Of a stretch of DNA of 64,000 nt, positions 58,473-64,000 are shown piece after piece. The position numbers were made by a program, and so were the translations under genes. The DNA is from Candidatus Sericytochromatia bacterium. GTDB taxonomy: Bacteria > Cyanobacteriota > Sericytochromatia > S15B-MN24 > JAQBPE01. Each line of letters opens with the position of its first letter. The stretch's first letter is position 1. The stretch covers positions 158,353 through 222,352 of the forward strand of contig JBBAPZ010000004.1 of assembly GCA_040400605.1 (NCBI GenBank). The letters are read 5' to 3'. The notes under the pieces are model-generated. The model did no database searches. It was not told where the DNA came from and was given only the letters and a program-made list of their open reading frames with translations.

Positions 58473-59528
58473 ATGGCGACGTTGGCGCAGGCCATTCGCA
58501 TGGCCTTACATTATGGTGAAACGCATTTGGGTGTGACCGATGTGTTTGGTGAAGATGTTGGGCCGCCACTTGGGGGTGTGTTTACTGCCACGCAGGGGTT
58601 GCAGACTGCCTGGAATTCGCCGCTGGATGAGCGGGGGGTCATTGGCATGGCAATGGGCATTGCTTTGGCGGGGGGAAAGCCAGTTGCGGAGATACAGTTC
58701 GCTGATTACATCTTCAACACGATTGATTTACTGAAATTGGTTGGTAATTGCCACTGGTCGAGTTATGGACAGTATCATTTACCTTTGGTTGTCATGACGC
58801 CGGTCGGCGCGGGCATTCACGGCTCAATTTACCATTCTCATTCGTTTGAGAGCATGATGTCCCACGTTCCGGGCTGGAGAATCGTGTGTCCGTCGAATGC
58901 ACGGGATGCCTACGGCTTGATGATTGCAGCGATTAAAGAGCCTAATCCGGTGATGTATTTGAAACCCAAGGCGCTGATGCGCGCGGTGAGCGAGGACCTG
59001 ATTCCTGGGGAGCCGTCAGAGGCGGCGGTTTTGAATGAGATGATCAACGCGCCTTTGGGCGATCGCTCGTCTTGGCAACCCCGTTGGCCGGAAGGCCTCA
59101 CCGATTACACGGTGCCCATTGGCAGTGCGTGCGTGGTTCACCCGGGGGACGCGGTCACCGTGATTTCCTACGGCCGCATGTTACCTGTCTGTGTCAAGGT
59201 CGCTCAAACGTTGGCGCAAGAGGGGATCGTCGTTGAGGTGATCGATTTGCGGACGCTGTACCCGTTAGACCGTCCATCGCTGGCGGCATCCGTCCGCAAG
59301 ACCGGCCGTGTCGTCGTGGTCAACGAAGATACCGAGGTGACCAACTACGGGGAGCACGTGATTCGGTGCCTGCTCGATGATTGTTTCTATCACCTGGAAG
59401 CCAAACCGATTTTGTTGGCGGGCGCGGACGTCCCCGGTATCGGCCTTGCACCGACGCTAGAGGATTGCAGTGTTCCGCAGGCTGAGGACATCCGGGCTGC
59501 CATCACGGGGTTGCTCGCTGAACGCTAA
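58473..59528 (+). CDS. 2-oxoacid dehydrogenase E1 beta subunit
   Basis: GEDVG..GGVF..TQGL, SPLDE, AEIQFADY, YHSHS, VIDLRTLYPLD, SVRKTGR. Confidence 0.93.
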   Translation: MATLAQAIRMALHYGETHLGVTDVFGEDVGPPLGGVFTATQGLQTAWNSPLDERGVIGMAMGIALAGGKPVAEIQFADYIFNTIDLLKLVGNCHWSSYGQYHLPLVVMTPVGAGIHGSIYHSHSFESMMSHVPGWRIVCPSNARDAYGLMIAAIKEPNPVMYLKPKALMRAVSEDLIPGEPSEAAVLNEMINAPLGDRSSWQPRWPEGLTDYTVPIGSACVVHPGDAVTVISYGRMLPVCVKVAQTLAQEGIVVEVIDLRTLYPLDRPSLAASVRKTGRVVVVNEDTEVTNYGEHVIRCLLDDCFYHLEAKPILLAGADVPGIGLAPTLEDCSVPQAEDIRAAITGLLAER

Positions 59529-59681
59529 ATGGCGCCACATTGGTTGCTGGTCAGTTTTTGGTTGGGTCAATCGACGATGGTCTGGTAAAATCCTGTTTAA
59601 TTGATGGGTTGCCACGCAGGCGTCACGAATCGGTGCCAGAAGGACCGGTTGACGTGCGCGCGAGATGACAAGGAGGGCATC

Positions 59682-61973
59682 GTGCCACAAATCGAAACTA
59701 CACCCGCTTCGCTAAGACAGATTTACCAGCGGATGCAGGCAAACCTTGAAATCGTCCGCCAGCGTGTCAAACGACCGTTGACTTTGGCCGAGAAGGTTTT
59801 GTTCGGTCATCTCGATCGTGCCGATGATCAGGCACTCGAAGCCGGCAAAGCCTACCTGCAGCTTCGGCCGGATCGGGTGATCATGCAGGATGCCACAGCG
59901 CAGATGGCAATTTTGCAGTTTATGCAAGCCGGTGTTTTTCAGACGGCTGTACCGTCGACGGTGCATTGTGATCACTTGATTCAGGCTTATCAGGGGTCTG
60001 AAAAGGACACAGTCGCTGCCCGCGTTACCAACCAGGAAGTCTACGACTTTTTGGCGAGTGCCTGTGCCAAGTATGGCCTGGGTTTCTGGGGCCCCGGTTC
60101 TGGCATCATTCACCAGGTTGCGCTTGAAAACTATGCGGTACCCGGCACCTTGATGATTGGTTCCGACTCCCACACGCCCAACGCAGGCGGTCTTGGCATG
60201 GTGGCCATTGGAGTAGGTGGTGCGGATACCGTGGATGTGATGGCTGGTTTGCCGTGGGAGGTGCTACAACCACGTTTGATCGGCGTGAAGTTGACTGGTG
60301 AGCTGAGCGGTTGGGCGGCTCCCAAAGACATCATCTTGTGGGTTGCCGGCCAGTTGACTGTTAAAGGTGGCACGAATTGCATTGTGGAGTATTTTGGTCC
60401 AGGCGCCCATTCGCTGTCCGCAACGGGTAAAGCGACCATTTGTAACATGGGTGCCGAAATTGGTGCTACGTCGTCCATCTTTGCCTACGATGCGCACATG
60501 GCCACATACCTTGAGACGACGGAACGCGGCGATTTGTTGCCGGTGATTGAAGCGTTTCGCGATTTGCTGGTTTCGGATGCCGAAGTTGATGAAAACCCGC
60601 ACGCTTATTATCATCAAGTGCTTGAATTGGATTTATCGACCCTGGAACCGCACATTGTGGGCCCACACAGTCCCGACTTGGCAAGGCCGATTTCGCAATT
60701 GGCCGCTGATGCCGAGGCGCATGAGTATCCGTTGCGCGTGTCGGCTGCACTCATTGGCTCTTGCACCAACTCGAGCTATGAGGATTTGCATCGGGTCTCG
60801 CAGATCGCCCTGCAGGCCGCTGCGCATGGCTTGAAGTCAGCATCGTCGTTGTCGATTTCTCCCGGCAGCCAAGCTGTCTTTGAAACCTGTCATCGGGACG
60901 GCTTGGTGGACGCACTGGCCTCCGTCGGGGCGGGTGTGATGGCGAACGCCTGCGGACCGTGTATCGGTCAGTGGCGTCGCGATGAATTCAAAAAAGGCGA
61001 ACGCAACACCATCGTGACATCATTCAATCGCAATTTCCCGGGTCGAAACGATGCCAATCCCGAAACCTTCGCGTTCGTGGCAAGTCCTGAAATCACTTTG
61101 GCATTGGGTCTGGCGGGTACTTTGACGTTTAATCCCTTGCGCGATGAATTGGTGGGCGCTGATGGGCAGTCATTCCGCCTCACAGCTCCCGTCAAGGCGC
61201 CCGAGGTCCCGGAGCGTGGGTTCGTTGGTCGGCGTTTCGGCTACGTGGCGCCTGCTGCGGATCCACAAGGCGTGTCCGTGATTGTGGCACCTGATTCGGA
61301 GCGTCTGCAAATTCTGGAACCATTCGCTGCGATGCAGGAATCAAGCTTCCGGGATATGCCCGTACTCATCAAGACACGGGGCAAGACCACGACGGATCAC
61401 ATTTCACCGGCTGGTATGTGGTTGAAGTACCGCGGACATTTGGATCGCATTTCGGATAACATGCTCACTGGAGCAACCAACGCGTGGAGTGACGAACGCG
61501 GCACGACGCATCAGGTATTTTCCGGCGAGAAAAACCTGGAGGTCCCTGCTGTCGCCCGTCAGTACAAGGCGCAGGGTCGTACCTGGATCATTGTGGGCGA
61601 CGAGAACTACGGTGAAGGCAGCAGTCGTGAACACGCAGCCATGAGCCCTCGTTATCTGGGTTGCAAGGCTGTTGTTGTCCGTTCTTTTGCCCGCATTCAT
61701 GAGTCCAACCTCAAGAAACAGGGGGTTTTGCCGCTTACCTTCAAACAGGCAGCCGATTATGATCGGATCCTGGAGGGCGATGTGGTGAGCATCGAGAATC
61801 CGCGTGGACTGACGCCTGGTCAGTCCGTCACGATGACCGTGCGGCACCATGATGGCGCCATTGAAACCATTGAGTTGCTGCATACCATGAATGCCGAGCA
61901 AATTGCCTGGTTCCACGCAGGTGGCGCACTCAACATGATGCGCCAGAAGAAAGACGCACTGGCGGCACAGTAA
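59682..61973 (+). CDS. aconitate hydratase (mitochondrial-type)
   Basis: DRVIMQDATAQMA, HCDH, DSHTPNAGG, IGSCTNSSYED, ANACGPCIGQW, TTDHISPAG, YGEGSSREHAA. GTG with SD AGGAGG. Confidence 0.95.
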   Translation: MPQIETTPASLRQIYQRMQANLEIVRQRVKRPLTLAEKVLFGHLDRADDQALEAGKAYLQLRPDRVIMQDATAQMAILQFMQAGVFQTAVPSTVHCDHLIQAYQGSEKDTVAARVTNQEVYDFLASACAKYGLGFWGPGSGIIHQVALENYAVPGTLMIGSDSHTPNAGGLGMVAIGVGGADTVDVMAGLPWEVLQPRLIGVKLTGELSGWAAPKDIILWVAGQLTVKGGTNCIVEYFGPGAHSLSATGKATICNMGAEIGATSSIFAYDAHMATYLETTERGDLLPVIEAFRDLLVSDAEVDENPHAYYHQVLELDLSTLEPHIVGPHSPDLARPISQLAADAEAHEYPLRVSAALIGSCTNSSYEDLHRVSQIALQAAAHGLKSASSLSISPGSQAVFETCHRDGLVDALASVGAGVMANACGPCIGQWRRDEFKKGERNTIVTSFNRNFPGRNDANPETFAFVASPEITLALGLAGTLTFNPLRDELVGADGQSFRLTAPVKAPEVPERGFVGRRFGYVAPAADPQGVSVIVAPDSERLQILEPFAAMQESSFRDMPVLIKTRGKTTTDHISPAGMWLKYRGHLDRISDNMLTGATNAWSDERGTTHQVFSGEKNLEVPAVARQYKAQGRTWIIVGDENYGEGSSREHAAMSPRYLGCKAVVVRSFARIHESNLKKQGVLPLTFKQAADYDRILEGDVVSIENPRGLTPGQSVTMTVRHHDGAIETIELLHTMNAEQIAWFHAGGALNMMRQKKDALAAQ

Positions 61974-61981
61974 GTGCGTTA

Positions 61982-62019
61982 AAGCCGGGATGATCGGTAT
62001 CGGTCGACCATCCCGGCTT
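61982..62019 (+). terminator. stem-loop after aconitase (possible terminator)
   Basis: 11-bp inverted repeat AAGCCGGGATG/CATCCCGGCTT, 8 nt after the stop. Confidence 0.6.
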
Positions 62020-62247
62020 AAGCTCCGGGTACTTGGATAGTTCATAACACGAAGTCCTGAAATTAAGGTTCTAGCCCTTTCAACTGAAATTATCAATCAA
62101 ACAAACCCTTTTTGTTTGCAGGCCATCGATACGCAAACAAGCGTCGCAACAGCCGTCTAGGTGGCTCGGCTTAACACGTGTGCCGCGTGATTAGCGACCG
62201 GGTTTGATTGATGGAATCTCTGTGGATGTAATCGCGAGGCAGAGTCG

Positions 62248-62574
62248 GTGATGAGTTCTGGAATCGCCGTATTGGCAATGGTCGTCAGTCCAATTGCGGC
62301 CGTTTTGATGCTTTACGATTTACGCTGGATTGTTTTGAGTTTGCAGAGGCAGATCCTGCCGCCGTGGGGAACTTGGGTTCGAATCACCGCGGCGCTTTTT
62401 TGCCACATTGGGAGTTTCATCCTGTATCGTTACCTATCCATCTGGCCGGCTCAGACGCTGACTTTTTGGTTGCACATGACACTGGACCCGGGACTGAGTT
62501 TGTATGCAATTGGTCTGTGGGAGCTTTACACGCGTGCCGTGACACTCGACCGGTCCCGCTCTCGCTCATCGTGA
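62248..62574 (+). CDS. small hypothetical membrane protein
   Basis: 108 aa with about 3 hydrophobic segments. Confidence 0.55.
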   Translation: MMSSGIAVLAMVVSPIAAVLMLYDLRWIVLSLQRQILPPWGTWVRITAALFCHIGSFILYRYLSIWPAQTLTFWLHMTLDPGLSLYAIGLWELYTRAVTLDRSRSRSS

Positions 62575-63091
62575 GTAACTTGGCGCAGGCACCCGGTGCT
62601 TCTCCTAAGAAACAGTTTGGAAACCAGTTATCTGCCCTAGCAATGCACGATGATCGCTCCCACAAACCAACCGTGTCAAGACGTTATTGACATCTGCCTG
62701 ACTCACGTCGACGCACCTCACGATTGCCAGCATCATTTAACCAACAACGCAACCGCTAACTACTCGGTATTTCGAGAGTTCTTCATTTTCACGACCAGTT
62801 AAGCGATCGCCTAAAACGCCTTGTCGTATGATATGGCCGATGACGGGTTAAATTTACATTAATGAAGGCAAGAATTAGGGTTGAGTCACGATGGTAAGGT
62901 TGGCGTAACACGCGCAAAATGCGGGTCGAAAGCATTGTTATTCTATCGTGTCAGTACTGTTTGCCATTCGGGATAGAGTCCGTGGTGCTTGATTCTTTCC
63001 GTTTACTCACGGTGTTGATGTTAGGGTAGCAGGCAGTCACAAACGTGATGGTTTGTAAATTGTCGGGCTGGTTTTAATTGAGGACTGAGCA

Positions 63092-63640
63092 ATGAGTTCG
63101 TTTAAACTGGGAACACTTGGACAGGCGCCCTATCAGGCGACATTATCGGCGGACGACGGCAATGGTTGGCAGTTGAAAGGAAAAGGGGATGCGGCCCTTA
63201 AAAAGGCGTTAGAAGAAGCAGGAAAGAATTCGAGCGACGATATTGTTGTGATGGTAGGATCTGACGTGTATGCTGCCACATCCTCAGCCTTAAAAACCGT
63301 TTTCCCAAAAAACCCGCAGTATGGCAACTATGACACAGTTCGTTTTACAAACAAAGAAGGAGAAGTTTTGGAGGGAGTCGTGAAGGGAGGAGATCGCGAC
63401 GCATCCAGTGCAAGGGAACGAAAAAAAGCAGAAGAACAACAAAAAATCGATAGAAAGAAGTATACGCCTGCGTTTTTAGCGACTTCTTCTGTTTTCGTTG
63501 CATCTTTGATTACCGGGGCGAAACTCGCCGATAGAGGAGCTAATGGACCCTTGGTATTGTTGAACGTCGTTGTGAGCCTGGCATCAGGCTTGGCTGGATA
63601 TATTTTCTTGACCAAGGTGGACTCTAGGTTTAAGTCATGA
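63092..63640 (+). CDS. hypothetical protein with two C-terminal TM segments, AT-richer than neighbours
   Basis: SD GAGG, Lys-rich 182-aa ORF ending in two hydrophobic helices. Confidence 0.7.
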   Translation: MSSFKLGTLGQAPYQATLSADDGNGWQLKGKGDAALKKALEEAGKNSSDDIVVMVGSDVYAATSSALKTVFPKNPQYGNYDTVRFTNKEGEVLEGVVKGGDRDASSARERKKAEEQQKIDRKKYTPAFLATSSVFVASLITGAKLADRGANGPLVLLNVVVSLASGLAGYIFLTKVDSRFKS

Positions 63641-64000
63641 TGATAATGCGCTTGGGGCTATTCACGTTAACCGGGATATAAAGCCGCGCTTGTTCGGCCT
63701 CAAGCCAAACGGGTGGGCAGACATGGTTGCCGAGTCTGAATCCCTCGGTGTTGACTACGGCATGTCCGGTGGCCGTTTCGGTAGCAGTTGTCGGACACCT
63801 AGCAGTGATGATTTTTCAACGGAAACAAATCACCATCGCAGGGATTAAAGCAACATTCGATTCGTTTATGTTTCGAACACGTGTGGACCGAGCCTCAGCC
63901 TGCTGAGGTTGGCTACTTAGATGGCTCCACGCCCGCGCGTTTTAACTGTTCTACTGTGAGCCAATCGTTAAATAGTTGCCAGCCTTCGGTTGGCGTCGCG

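Noticed and set aside
59539..59572. Possible inverted copy of the intergenic repeat (also tttggctgtt near 11193)
   Set aside because: Matches are too short to distinguish from chance.
1..64000. rRNA, tRNA, tmRNA or known riboswitches
   Set aside because: None recognised by eye. A tRNAscan/Infernal run is needed to exclude them.

Overview
Gene-dense bacterial chromosomal window, GC visibly above 50%, from a diderm (Lpt, Mla, Lnt and TonB-dependent receptor genes). Several genes look cyanobacterial (ccs1-ccsA, an ABC1K1-like kinase, an 'AVPGAGKT' UvrD), but no photosynthesis genes are present. A non-photosynthetic cyanobacterial relative such as Sericytochromatia is plausible but only inferred. 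Most genes are housekeeping or envelope functions: TrkA pair plus APC transporter, 2x nupC, dedA, mlaEEFD, CHASE2 cyclase, glucosidase, hemW, pfkB, S2P-CBS protease, lnt-lptC-lptA, lptF/G, GT2/GT-C/TBDR/SBP, amidohydrolase, proA, rpoD-type sigma, murA, NUDIX, E1alpha/beta and aconitase. The most notable locus is a tightly coupled minus-strand operon at 21.1-28.2 kb: recJ, a degenerate UvrD-like protein, a stand-alone PD-(D/E)XK nuclease with four 'iron-staple' cysteines, and an intact UvrD-type helicase. It looks like a split AddAB/AdnAB-like DNA end-resection machine linked to RecJ. It is bracketed by decayed NHL-repeat remnants and copies of an unannotated ~100-bp intergenic repeat. Other oddities: an RyR-domain fusion protein, at least 27 copies of the HIP1 octamer GCGATCGC, and an ABC1 kinase with a repeat-expanded tail. 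I recognised no rRNA, tRNA, CRISPR array, integrase or transposase. All calls are from reading motifs by eye; no database searches were run.
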